A stretch of 64,000 bases of DNA. Origin: Eledone cirrhosa (Eukaryota). The stretch lies in assembly GCA_964016885.1 (NCBI GenBank), contig OZ024762.1, forward strand, positions 21,576,001 to 21,640,000. Reading direction: 5' to 3'. The first letter of the stretch is position 1, and every line of letters begins with the position of its first letter. This document shows, in pieces, positions 42,971 through 56,858 of this stretch. The translations under genes were made by a program, and so were the position numbers. The notes under the pieces are model-generated. The model saw nothing but the letters and a program-made list of their open reading frames with translations. It was not told the origin of the DNA and made no database searches.

Positions 42971-43144
42971 GCGTATGTATATATATAAATATATTTATAT
43001 ATATGCGTATATATATGTATATATATGCGTATATATATATATATTGCATAATCTTTGTAGGTGGTGTGCATGCGTGTCTATATATCTATCTTTCCTTGTT
43101 CATGAAAGGTAGATACCATAGTGACACCGTTCATTTACTTTATA

Positions 43145-44909
43145 TAATTGTTTCTACTTTAGGCACAAGGCCAGCAAATTACCCAGTACATTACTGGTAC
43201 TTTATTTTATCGACCCCGTAAGGATGAAAGGCAAAGTTAACCTCAGCGGGATTTGAACTCAGACTGTAAAGGGACGTAACTATGCTAGAAAGCATGGCGT
43301 CCAACCCTCTACCGATACTGCCAATTCACCACCCTAACATGGCGTCCAACCCTCTACCGATACTGCCAATTCACCACCCTAACATGGCGTCCAACCCTCT
43401 ACCGATACTGCCAATTCACCACCCTAACATGGCGTCCAACCCTCTACCGATACTGCCAATTCACCACCCTAACATGGCGTCCAACCCTCTACCGATACTG
43501 CCAATTCACCACCCTAACATGGCGTCCAACCCTATACCGATACTGCCAATTCACCACCCTAACATGGCGTCCAACCCTATACCGATGCTGCCAATTCACC
43601 ACCCTAACATGGCGTCCAACCCTCTACCGATACTGCCAATTCACCACCCTAACATGGCGTCCAACCCTCTACCGATACTGCCAATTCACCACCCTAACAT
43701 GGCGTCCAACCCTCTACCGATACTGCCAATTCACCACCCTAACATGGCGTCCAACCCTATACCGATACTGCCAATTCACCACCCTAACATGGCGTCCAAC
43801 CCTCTACCGATGCTGCCAATTCACCACCCTAACATGGCGTCCAACCCTATACCGATGCTGCCAATTCACCACCCTAACATGGCGTCCAACCCTCTACCGA
43901 TGCTGCCAATTCACCACCCTAACATGGCGTCCAACCCTATACCGATGCTGCCAATTCACCACCCTAACATGGCGTCCAACCCTCTACCGATACTGCCAAT
44001 CCACCACCCTAACATGGCGTCCAACCCTCTACCGATACTGCCAATCCACCACCCTAACATGGCGTCCAACCCTCTACCGATGCTGCCAATTCACCACCCT
44101 AACATGGCGTCCAACCCTATACCGATGCTGCCAATTCACCACCCTAACATGGCGTCCAACCCTCTACCGATACTGCCAATCCACCACCCTAACATGGCGT
44201 CCAACCCTCTACCGATGCTGCCAATTCACCACCCTAACATGGCGTCCAACCCTATACCGATGCTGCCAATTCACCACCCTAACATGGCGTCCAACCCTCT
44301 ACCGATGCTGCCAATTCACCACCCTAACATGGCGTCCAACCCTATACCGATGCTGCCAATTCACCACCCTAACATGGCGTCCAACCCTCTACCGATACTG
44401 CCAATCCACCACCCTAACATGGCGTCCAACCCTATACCGATGCTGCCAATTCACCACCCTAACATGGCGTCCAACCCTCTACCGATACTGCCAATCCACC
44501 ACCCTAACATGGCGTCCAACCCTCTACCGATGCTGCCAATTCACCACCCTAACATGGCGTCCAACCCTATACCGATGCTGCCAATTCACCACCCTAACAT
44601 GGCGTCCAACCCTCTACCGATACTGCCAATCCACCACCCTAACATGGCGTCCAACCCTCTACCGATACTGCCAATTCACCACCCTAACATGGCGTCCAAC
44701 CCTATACCGATGCTGCCAATTCACCACCCTAACATAGCGTCCAACCCTCTACCGATACTGCCAATCCACCGCCCTAACATAGCGTCCAACCCTCTACCGA
44801 TACTGCCAATCCACCGCCCTAACATGGCGTCCAACCCTCTACCGATACTGCCAATCCACCGCCCTAACATAGCGTCCAACCCTCTACCGATACTGCCAAT
44901 CCACCGCCT
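43145..44909 (-). mobile_element. Family 1 SINE whose 5' head is expanded into a tandem array
   Basis: Body at 43145-43290; the true 5' end (ccaccgcc on +) is at about 44908. Confidence 0.85.
43292..44909. repeat. 45-bp minisatellite, ~36 copies
   Basis: Unit aacatggcgtccaaccctctaccgatactgccaattcaccaccct; produces the 548-aa repeat pseudo-ORF. Confidence 0.97.
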
Positions 44910-45250
44910 TAGTCTTTACTTTATATAATGTCGTGAGAGAAGATTGTATGTAAATCAGAAATTTCTTGAGTTTTTTTCCTCCTCCATCATGAAATTACTG
45001 TAGGAATATAAACAACTACAGGCATCATATGCCACATTTTTCAACATAGATGTAAATATACAGTTAAAAGATGCAAGATTTAAATCAAATGTTCCACCCT
45101 AATCATAAAAATATTAATTTTTCTGTGAAATTATTTGTGAATTTTATGAAATTGTCTCCTCTTTTCTTTGAGAGTCGCCGCTAATATTTGCCATTCGTAA
45201 AATAAAAGCTGTTTGGAGAAAGAAAGAAAGAAAGAAAGTAGTAGTAGTAG

Positions 45251-45283
<33 letters not shown>

Positions 45284-45347
45284 CAGCAGCAGCCGTAGTA
45301 GTAGTAGTAGCACTAGTAGTAGTAGTAGTAGTAGTATTAATAGCAGC

Positions 45348-45394
<47 letters not shown>

Positions 45395-45551
45395 CAGTAG
45401 TAGTAGTAGGTTAGCAGCAGCAGTAGTAGTAGTAGTAGCCTCGATATCACCAACACATATATACACACTTACATACAAACCCGTAAAGGTCATAAAATGT
45501 CTAGGATTTTGATTTATATTTCCAACTAAGAGGTAAATGTAAATTCGTTGA

Positions 45552-45878
45552 GATTTGATATATTTATTTATTTACTTTATTTTAATTTATTTTATTTTAC
45601 CACATACTGTAGTTCTTTAAATTCACGCCATTTGACTACCTGAGTTACTTTCTCCTGTCTCACTAGCGCCACCACGCTAAATTTAATGGACAAGCTGTTC
45701 CTTGTAGTTCGAACAATCGACGGAGGTCCGTCACACACACACACTAACATACGCACACACTAACGCACATACACACAGACACACTAACATACACACACAC
45801 TAACGCACAGACACACTAACGCACATACACACACTCTAACGCACACATGCGCCCCATGGATGCCCACACACATACATT
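45552..45878. repeat. Right arm of the inverted duplication
   Basis: Reverse complement of 42578-42924. Confidence 0.9.
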
Positions 45879-46517
45879 AAGACACACACCAACGAACAAC
45901 AACAGACACTAACGCACACACACATATGTCCCCATACACTCACACACCAACAGACAAACACACACTAGCACATAAACTAATAAACACTAATGCGCACACA
46001 CATATTCGCGCTCCACACTCACACACTAACACACACACACACATATGGCTCCTACACACGCACACCTACACATACATATGGCTCCTACACACGCACACCT
46101 ACATACTATCACATACTAACGCACACTAACGAACACACACACACACATAACCCCTACACCCACACACTAACACACACACATATGGCCCTTACATCCACAC
46201 ACTCACACACTAACGCACACACACACGCGTATGTCCCCTACAGCCACACACGAACACACACACATACCCAGTCGCCGCGAGATGTGACAGTGCTGATGGC
46301 GTCAAATTGTGATGCAATATTTTATGGTTTGCGGATGTGCTCGCTGCCGTTCTCAATTAATTTTATGGCGACAGTCACTTGTTATTACCAGGGTAATAAA
46401 CAAACAAACTAAATAACAAATAAAGGAACAGAATTCATTCTATGTCATTTAGATGATAAACTGCTAAAGATGTGAATGTCTGGAGTATGCTAGACGTCAC
46501 AATTGGATATCGTGCTA

Positions 46518-47040
46518 GGTTGATTGGCAAAATTGGTAGAGCGTCGGAGAAAATGCTTTGCAGTTACGAGACTTTACGTTCTGAGTGCAAATCCCGCCGA
46601 GGTCTACTTGCCTTTCATCCTTCTAGGGTCGATGGAATAAGCCACAATGTACCAGTGATCTACTCGGGTCGATGGAATAAAGCATAGAATACCAGTAATG
46701 TACTGGTTCGATGGAATAAAGCACAATGTACCAGTGATGTACTAGGGTCAATGGAATAAAGCACAAAATACCAGTGATGTACTAGGGTCGATGGAATGAG
46801 ACAAGAACCAGTGATGTAGTAGGGTCGATGGAATAAAGCACAATGTACCAGTGATGTACCGGGGTCGATGGAATAAAGCACAGAGTACCAGTGATGTACT
46901 GTATTGATGGAATAAGACACATAGTACCAGTGATGTACTGGAGTCGATGGAATAAAGCACACAGTACCAGTGATGTACTGGGGTTGATGGAATAAAGCAC
47001 AACTTACCAGTGATGTACTGAGGTCGATGAAATAAGCCAC
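46518..47040 (+). mobile_element. Family 1-like SINE followed by ~10 copies of a ~40-bp unit from its centre
   Basis: Unit gggtcgatggaataaagcacaatgtaccagtgatgtacta. Confidence 0.85.
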
Positions 47041-47149
47041 AAAATGGTTGTTGCTGTTGTTCTGGTTATTGTTGTTCTTGGTGGAGTTGTGGTTGTGGTG
47101 GTTGTCATTGCTGTTGTAGTAGTAGTAGTAGTAGTGGTAGTAGTCGTAA

Positions 47150-47197
<48 letters not shown>

Positions 47198-47340
47198 CAG
47201 CAGCAGCAGCAGCAGTTGTTGTTATTAACATCATCGATCATAAATCAGTACAGCCTACGTGATATCGATAAAATCTCATTTCTGAACTGTCACAAAGAAG
47301 GAAGATGAAATCAATCCAAGTTTCGGCGAAACTCGATATT

Positions 47341-47556
47341 GTTAACACTGTCAATTAGCGTTGTTAACGGTGGCGTTGTTAACAGTGGCGTAGTTAACGG
47401 GACGGTGGTGTTGTTAACGTTGGCGTAGTTAACGGAGGCGTTGTTAACGGGACGGTGGCGTGGTTAACGTTGGTGTAGTTAACGGAGGCGTTGTTAACGG
47501 TGGCGTAGGTTAACGTTGGCGTTGTTAACGGGTCGGTGGCGTTTTTAACGGTGGCG
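47341..47556. repeat. ~15-bp minisatellite built on GTTAAC (gtggcgttgttaacg)
   Basis: About 12 gttaac cores. Confidence 0.9.
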
Positions 47557-48018
47557 ATGTAATGTTGACTCAATTATAATGCCACCTTAGCAACTAGTCA
47601 CACACACACGTACATACCTACATATAGATACATATACACACACAACCACACTCGAACACTCACACATGCACATACACACACACATGCTCACACACACCTA
47701 CACACTGTTGCATTCAAATACATATATACACACTTACATACACATGCACTGACACTCATATACACTCACTCGCATATACTGTAGTTGTTGTTACTGTTGA
47801 ATGTATGTATGTATGTATGTATGTGTGTATGTATGTATGTATGTATGTGTGTATGTATGTATGTATGTATGTATGTATGTATGTATGTATGTATGTATGT
47901 ACATATATATATACTGAGGTATCGGTAAACAACCAGCACATACTTAAAATATAAATAGATATATATATATATGTGTGTGTGTTTGTGTGTATAATATATG
48001 TATACATATATATAAATG

Positions 48019-48052
<34 letters not shown>

Positions 48053-48182
48053 AAAACATATATATATATGACTCCAGTTCCCCAGTGAATTAACAACCCA
48101 GCAAGGAACTGGGCATATCAGAGTATTGACAATATCATACACCTAAACAACATATGTACTTGTCTATACCATACTAATTCAA

Positions 48183-48237
48183 ACTGCCTGAAGAGGTCAC
48201 AGCCAAAGATGGCTGTCACTGAAATATATATAGCAGT
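48183..48237 (+). ncRNA. Type I hammerhead ribozyme
   Basis: Stem I actgc/gcagt; CTGAAGA; stem II ggt-c-acagcca/tggctgt-c-act; GAAA TATATA TA; AATAAA directly after; in TA island 48070-48290. Confidence 0.85.
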
Positions 48238-48406
48238 AATAAACGAAGCTAAATTTTAATCATTTGACTTTTATTTAACTTTATAAAAATATATATATAT
48301 ATGTGTATGTATATATGTATGTGTGTATACATATATACATATATATATATAAATATATATATATATAAAAGAAGAAATTAAAAGATGGTTAAAAAAGTTC
48401 CATATA

Positions 48407-48469
48407 TTTTATTATGCGCATTTCGAAAACATCATCCTGGGACAAAAATTGTGTTCTCATCAGATAAAA
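48407..48469 (-). ncRNA. Type I hammerhead ribozyme (same family as 2992-3058)
   Basis: Reverse complement reads ttttat CTGATGA gaacac...gttttc GAAA TGCGCA TA ataaaa. Confidence 0.75.
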
Positions 48470-48543
48470 TAAGGTAACATGATATGAGGCCTGAAAACAC
48501 TTGTCAACAGGAAAGTGCAAAGTCTACATACATATATATATAC

Positions 48544-48958
<415 letters not shown>

Positions 48959-49677
48959 CCAACTAACGAAAGGTTCTCTCGTTCTTTCGTTTTGATTCGT
49001 TCTTGTTCTCTCTGAAATGTAAGACCACAAGTAGATGTCGCCGCATGGTCTTATTTATTTGTCTTCTCTCTCCGAGCGTTGTATGCTGTCCACCCTAATA
49101 TGTCTGGACATTCTCGATATTTTCCGTCAGATTCTTGCAAGAACGTGCTTCAAAATTAATGAGGAATGCCTCCAGACATACACGTTTGTAATGTTCTTGT
49201 TGTGGTTATTGTTTTTGTTTTTTCTTTGATGTCTTTGTACTGTTATTGTTCTTGTTGTTTCTGTGTTCAGTTTAGATGTAGAATGACAGCATAATCAATA
49301 AAAACGTTAGCTGTGTATATCTTTCTTTGTGGTATAGGTATAGTATAAATGGTTTATATATATGTATTATGTATATGTGTGTGTGTGTACATATGTATAT
49401 GTGTGTGTATGTATGTATATATATACATACACATATATATATATATAATATATATATAATTATATATATGTATATATAAATATATATATATATATCTGTA
49501 TTTATGTACATATTATATATATGCATCTATGTATGTATATATGTATTCATGTATGTATGTATTATGTATGTATTACTTATTTATGTGTGTATGTATGTAT
49601 ATATGTATACATGCCTGTATGTATGTATGTACTTCCTCTCACCATACATCTAGTACTACTTTGATCTGTAGTCTTCG

Positions 49678-49725
<48 letters not shown>

Positions 49726-51149
49726 GTACGTTTAAGTTTAGAAGTACGATGAAAAGTATCATATATTTATTATATTACCACGCTTACTTTGTTATTACTC
49801 AAATTTTCTCGGATGTTCCTGACTCAAGATGTCAAGCAGAGAGATCAAACTCCGAGAATTTGTGATTCCAAAGCAAACTATTAACCATTTGGCAATTCTG
49901 CGTCCACTTTGTTAAAATATTGCAGAATGGATTTTTTTTCCACTGATATTTTTCACCCTTTTTTTTTCAGTTTTTCTTTTCGAAAACTAATTTCTCTCTT
50001 TGGTTTCCCCTACAATATTATTGACTAAAAGCCTGCATATCCAAGCATCCTCCAACCCACCCATCCACCCATCCACCCATCATTCATTTTATCGGAGTAG
50101 AAAAAATGTAAAGTGTAGATTCAGCCATTAGTATTAAGAGTGGTTTGAAAAGCATTTTATCACACAGTCGTATTTTAAACAAAAACAACGATATAAAATG
50201 TCTATTTATTTTTTTACGAGATATTACTCACTAATATTAGAACTACTGTTGTTTATTTTTATCGTTATTTTTATTTCTGCTATGGAACGAGGGATTTTGC
50301 ACGAAATATTTCAAACTAATAACAGACTCAAGGCAATAACAGAGATTTTCCATTTGCTAGAAATATGTTTTAGAGAATCCTTTTATGTTCTATCGAGAAA
50401 TTCGAAATTAACGAAATGAGATCCATTTATTTTTCTCGTTTTCTTTTATAAAGGTGCACGGGCTCTCTCTTATATCAATATTTGAGAGAAATATTTCAAC
50501 AAAGAACCTTACTTTGAAATTCGTCTCTCGCAGGCGTCTGTTTACTTTTGAACATTCTCCAATATTCAATTATCGTATTTTTACGTTAACTGTAAAGGAA
50601 TTATCATGCGGTTTACCGCTAATATAGTTGAGAAAACTATCAAATATTCTAAACACAACCGCATAGAAGAATTTTAAGAGTATAAAATGATTTATGTTTT
50701 ATTTTTAATATTTATTTGTTATTTTCTTCCACTTCAATCGAAGAAAACTAAAATATTTAACTGTTTAATGCGTCTTTCAATTGTTTAAAATGGTCGCCAT
50801 TAGAGGGAATAGAATTTGAAACATATTTTTGTGAAAGTAAATGAATGGAAAAAGAGACAAAAAAGTAATAGTAGTCGCATTTATTTGTCGGAAGAGAATC
50901 TAAAGAGGTCAAATGGATTTGAAATTTGAAATTTCTTTCTTTATCACATTATTTATCACAAAGTATATAATTAATGTATTTTTGTACATAAATTATCTAT
51001 ATATATATGCGCAATTAGCCAAGTGTGATGTGTACGGGTACACTCCTGACAAGACCAAAACCCAAAAGAAGTGATTGATGTCAATGAAGGAGGGGTTCAT
51101 CTAACCGAACTAAGAAGGCCCTACAATGGAATGGATATATATATATATA

Positions 51150-51216
<67 letters not shown>

Positions 51217-51219
51217 ATG

Positions 51220-51269
<50 letters not shown>

Positions 51270-51300
51270 AATATATATATATAAGGCGCGTGATATATAA

Positions 51301-51630
51301 GGCGCGTTGCTTAGTGGTTAGAACATTGGGCTTGCAATTGAGAGGTTGTGAGTTCGATTCTCGGACCGGATGATGCGTTGTGTCCCTGAGAAAGACACTT
51401 TATTTCACGTTGCTCCAGCTTACTCAGCTGTAGAAATGAGTTGCGACTTCACTGGTGCCAAGCAGTATCAGCCATTGCCTTTCCCTTGGACAACATCGGT
51501 GGCGTGGAGAGGAGAGGCTGGTATGCATGGGTGACTGCTGGTCTTCCACAAAAATAACCTTGCCCAGGCTTGTATCTCCGAGAGAAACTTTCTAGGTGCA
51601 AAACCAAGGTCATTCGTGACCGAATGGGGC
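51301..51630 (+). mobile_element. tRNA-derived SINE, family 2, near full length
   Basis: A box ttgcttagtgg, B box gagttcgattc, gtgtccctgagaaagacactt domain. Decayed heads also at about 15900-16000, 41175-41330 and 55195-55305. Confidence 0.8.
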
Positions 51631-52964
51631 CAAAGCAAGATATATAATTTTTATTACAGTGTCTCACTGGGTCCCATTGGCTCTTAACACTTGGTAAAAT
51701 TGTAGGAGGGTTGTCGTGAGCATCTAAATCTAGTGGAGGCCTTTCCTCTCCATGCCTAAACACAGCGAATTTTTTTTCCAGAGTGAAAGAGAGGGCGAGG
51801 GAATGGCAGAGAGAAGGTGAGAAAGACAGATAGATGAAGAAACAACCTCAGTATTTGACAGGTATTTTATTTTTCGCCATATACAAAATACTTTTGAATT
51901 GATAGTGCCCGATTTTATTTATCGCCACGTACAAAATACTTTTGAAGTGATAGTGTCCGATTGTATATCTCTTTCGTAGCATATATCGATTTTTCTACAC
52001 TATCCTAATCATCTTCTGAAAGTTCGATTATCATCAGAAACCATTTTTGCTCTATGTTATTTCGTATTAGTTTCAGAAACTTAAATATTTAGTTTTATTT
52101 TTCTAATCTCAAATGAATCCTTGTCGATACTTTTATCCAATAATCATTCCATTATCGTTCTTTGTCCAGTAGTTTCACTAATCAGAAACTAAACTTCCAC
52201 GGGCTATCAACCGAAATAGAATATCTGAAAACATAATAACGAGATGCCAAAATCTAAATAATCGATTCCAACGCCGTTTTCGTTCCTATTTTCTTTTAAT
52301 TACCTGACCTTCAGAGATTGGAATCGTGTTGAGTTTCTTTCTTGCAAACGCCACGTCGTCCATTTTAAACCGTCCATTGTCTTAAGTGGGAAAAGATTTA
52401 ATGTCATATATCTTACATTTGTGTCTGAGTTACCACTAACGCGCTAAACAGACTACTAATGTTTTTTTTTTTGTTTTTTGGGGGGGTTTTGGGGATATCA
52501 GAATACTATAATTATTGAAAGAATAATAGACTCTCTTCTCTTCCTTCGTTTAGACTCTCTTCTCTTATTCTCTCGTCTCATCTCTTCTGACCTCTGTTCC
52601 CCCTGTAATGTTCCACTGGAGATGCGGCTGCTGAAAATACATTTCGCTAATAAACAATTTGTTTTGGCAACTGAATTGCAATTAGAAAAAAAGAAAATTG
52701 ATATCAATCGTTGTCACAGCATGGAAGAAGTTGTTTCTTTATCTTGTTTGGTGCTGACTAAGCAGACTTTCCAATTAAATCAACAGTAATTGGCTGGCAT
52801 ATGTCAACTCTACCTTAATTTCCACTGGCATGTGGTGCCTTTCAATAAATAACTTTATTTTCTCGAATTTCTAACTTTCAATATAACCCTATAAATACAT
52901 TTTAAGAAACTTTTGTCTAGAATCACATTCATATGGTAGGCGATATCAAACGTGACCGTGAGCG

Positions 52965-53595
52965 TCAGACCCGATGCTTTGCCGCATAGAGTTACGACCC
53001 TTTGCGTTCTGAGTTCAAATCCCGCCGAGGTTAACTTTGCCTTTCATCCTAACGGGGTCGATAAAATAAAGTACCAAGTAATACACTGAGTAATTGCTGG
53101 CCTTGTGCCAAAAGTAGAAACAATTATTATTATTATCATTATTATTTAAGTTCAAATCCTGCCGTAGTTAGCTTTGCCTTTCATCCTTACGGGGTCGATA
53201 AAATAAAGTACCAGTAATGCACTGGGTATTTGCTGGCCTTGTGTCTAAAGTAGAAACAATTATTATGTGAGTTAGGGCGGTGGATTGGCAGTATCGGTAG
53301 ATACAGTTACGGCCCTTTCCATTCAGAGTTCAAATCCTGCCGAGGTCAACTTTGCCTTTCATCCTTACGGGGTCGATAAAATAAAGTACCAGTAATGTAC
53401 TGGGTATTTGTTGGCTTTGTGCCAAAAGTAGAAACAATTATTATTATTTGAGTTCAAATCCCGCCGAGGTTAGCTTTGCTTTTCATCCTTACGGGGGGTC
53501 GATAAAATAAAGTACCAGTAACGCAATGGGGTCGATTTAATTGACTTTTCCCTCTCCCAAATTGCTGACCTTGTCCCTACTGTAGAAATCATTGT
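52965..53595 (+). mobile_element. Cluster of four full or partial family 1 SINEs
   Basis: Four repeats of gttcaaatcc...gcctttcatcc...gtcgataaaataaagtacc. Confidence 0.85.
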
Positions 53596-53934
53596 TATTA
53601 CTAGTATATTATAATTTGTTTGGTATCCATTTTATTTTTTCAATTCTTTTCGCCATTGTTGTTCCCTGGGTTTATTTGTTTATATATTTATATATTTATT
53701 TATAAATAATATTTATTGTTTCTTTGTTTTCCTTCATGTTGCTCAAATAACAGTTGTTGTTGTTGTTGTTGTTATTTTTTTTAATTCTTTCTACTTTCTT
53801 TATAGTTGTTGTTGTTTTTTCTGTTTGTTTTACTTTGTTTTTTTTAACATGAAACACATTCAGACCTTTTTTTTTTTTGTTAAGTGTTAATTCACACGTA
53901 CGAATAATTATCGAAACGGTTTATCCCTCACCCC

Positions 53935-54737
53935 CCATCTGTCTCTCTTCCTCTCTCTCTCTCTCTCTCTCTCTCTCCCAATCTCTCTCTTTCTCTCTCT
54001 CTCTTCCTCTACCATTCCCTCTCTCTCTCCCTCTCTCCCCACATCTCTCTCCCTCTCCCAATTTCCCTCTTTCTCTCTCTCCCTCTTTCTCCCAATCTTT
54101 CTCTCCCTCTCCCTATCTTTCTCTCCCTCTCCCTATCTCTCCCCATCTCTCCGTCTCCCCCTCTCCCCATCTCCCTCGTTCTCCCCATCTCTCTCTCTCT
54201 TTCTCACTCTCGCCCAATCTCCTCCTCTTTCTGTCTCTGTTTCTATTTTTTTACTGCCCCTTTTCCTTTTCATTTTTTCTCTTTTTTCTCTTTCTCTCTT
54301 TTTCCTTTGTCTCTCTTTCCTGATTCTCCTGTGACTTCTTCTCTCTCATACTCTGTCTTTCCCTTTCCTAACTCTCTCTCCCTCTCTCTCCCTCTCTCAG
54401 TTTTTTCTTTCATCACTTTCTCACTCTTACCACTTCCTCACTCTTTCCAGTTCTCTCCTTTTCTCTTCCATTTCTCTACATCTCTCCCCCTCTCTCTCTA
54501 CTTCTCTCTCACATACACACACATACTCTCTCTATCTTTAGATCTCTCTCTTCCTCTTTCTTTCCACCATTCTCTTTTCCTCTTTCTCCCTCCCTCTCTT
54601 CTTCTCCTCCTTCTCTGCGCTTCTCTCCCTTTTCACTATTTCTCTCTCCCATTCTCTCCCCCCCTCTCTCACACCCTCCCTCCACCTCTCCCTCTCCCCC
54701 CCACTCCCTCTCCCCCCACTCCCTCTACATCTCCCTC

Positions 54738-54828
<91 letters not shown>

Positions 54829-54890
54829 CCTCTTTCATTCCTCCATTCCTTTCATTATTATCTCCAACCTTCCCTGCTATTTCTTTTCTA
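53935..54890. repeat. CT-rich polypyrimidine low-complexity tract
   Basis: Directly visible. Confidence 0.9.
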
Positions 54891-55875
54891 ATTAACATAC
54901 AATAATTCTCTCTTTTTTTTTTTTTTTTTTTGTCATTTATTTTCCTTGTAATTTTTCTCTCTCTCACACCAGCACTCCGCCACCCCTCGATCTATGTGTT
55001 ACCTTTGTGCAACAATATCACAATTTGCACTTACTGCACTTCAAAGGAGCGACATCGTAATGCATCAAATGTGTCTATAAAAAAGTACTAATCAGTCTAT
55101 AATGATATTTTCTATGACTGAGGTGGTAACAATCACCTCCATTATGTAATAATTTAACGCTATTCCCAAAGTCCACTGTAAAGGAAAGTTGTTACGTGGT
55201 TAGGGGTGTTCGACGGACAACCATGAAGACGCGAGTTTGATTCTTGGTGCAGCGCGTTCTGACCTTAAGCATGATATTTTATTTCACGCGTTGCTCCAGT
55301 CCACTCCATTAAACATTTACATAGATACATATCTTATGTAACGGGTTGCAACTAATTGTTACGCATGATTTATATTTGAAACTCTACCTATTTAAGCATA
55401 TACATATATATATATATATATAGTAATAATAATAAATTTGAAGACTAATAAATATATATATATATATATAAAAGAATTACGAAATCTTTCTAAAATCATG
55501 AAATTATCAAAACACAAGCACAACAACAACAATCATAACTACAGCAGCAGCAGCAGCAACAACAATAATAACCATAGTAACAAAAGCAACACCAACAACA
55601 TAATTGTATTTATATCCATCAACAAGATAAATGGTTATTGCACGAAATAGTGATATGAAATAAATATAATAGAAACATATTGCTATTGAAATAACGTAAA
55701 GTAGACTTCAGGGACATATTATGTTCAGTAGATGGTACGGACCAGAGAATATTTTAACTATATATATATATATATATAGTTAAAAGAAAAAACAAAAACA
55801 ATAACAAAGAGTGCATTACAAAGTGTTAGTATTAGGTTCACGCTTGAGAGTCGGGGTGTATGTATGTATTAATAT

Positions 55876-56340
55876 GTCGGGTCACTCTTGAGTGCTACTG
55901 GTAACATGTAACCCAGTACAACCTGTCGCATGGTCGGGTCGTCGGCGACTAAACCGGCAACCCCACCAAGTTTACTTGGTGAGGAGGAGGATTTTGGACA
56001 CCCTGCAGGACAAAAAACGAAACCTGACAAAGGGCGGAAGAACTCATAAGAGTCAACGGCCATCCTAAAGTGTGCAAATATGTATATACACATGTACTGC
56101 GCGGTTAAACCACTGGGAGTAAAGGACCCCTAGCCTTTGTCAGGGCATTATTCTAGGAGAAGGCAACTCAGGAAACTGGGATAACTCCGATATAAAACCT
56201 GCGGCTCAGTGGTTACCGATGATGTTGATCTTTTCATCTTTTCGGGTTATAGCAACTGTCGCTCAGAGAGTGGGATTGGCTCAGTGCACAGTCTTTCCTC
56301 ACTTTAAAAAATATCTTCACGCACAGGCATTGCATGATAG
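55876..56340 (+). mobile_element. Dispersed repeat resembling an RTE 5' region or RTE-derived non-autonomous element; homologue at 62192-62440
   Basis: Shared aagagtcaa..gccatcc, tagcctttgtca.ggca..attctaggagaagg and gagagtggga..ggct...tgca blocks. Confidence 0.55.
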
Positions 56341-56673
56341 AATTAATTAATAATTATTAATAATGGTATATCGTGGAATGGCCATACTCGATAACGAGGG
56401 GGCAGCCATCATTAATGTATGTATGTATTTATGTATGTATATATGTATGTGTATATATATGTATGTATATATGTATGTGTATGTATATGTATATGTATGT
56501 ATGTGTATATATGTATATGTATATATGTATATGTATATATATATATGTATATGTATATATATATATGTATATGTATATATATATGTATATGTATATATAT
56601 ATATATGTATATGTATATATATATATGTATATGTATATATATATGTATATGTATGTGTGTATATGTATATATG

Positions 56674-56708
<35 letters not shown>

Positions 56709-56724
56709 GTGTATATATATATAT

Positions 56725-56826
56725 GGTCTGTTGGAGATGCAGGATATGGCAGCGATAATGAGGGACGGAGACCGCTGGAGAGAACTCATCCATGGATCTC
56801 GGGAATTTTACCCGCCTTAGATGTAG

Positions 56827-56828
<2 letters not shown>
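56725..56828 (+). mobile_element. RTE-like LINE extreme 3' fragment
   Basis: [22 protein letters not shown] followed by a stop. Confidence 0.5.

Positions 56829-56858
<30 letters not shown>

Noticed and set aside
43292-44909. CRISPR-like appearance of regular repeats (also 28644, 37181, 46625)
   Set aside because: Units are contiguous with no unique spacers; eukaryotic context with no cas genes.
43282-44928. 548-aa ORF of [15 protein letters not shown] repeats
   Set aside because: Antisense reading of a 45-bp SINE-head tandem array; no independent sign of coding function.
51301-51372. tRNA gene
   Set aside because: A/B boxes continue into a SINE body and there is no proper acceptor stem; it is a SINE head.
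55876-55960. Possible HDV-like ribozyme at the 5' end of the RTE-like repeat
   Set aside because: I could not build the P3/L3/P1.1 nested pseudoknot by eye.
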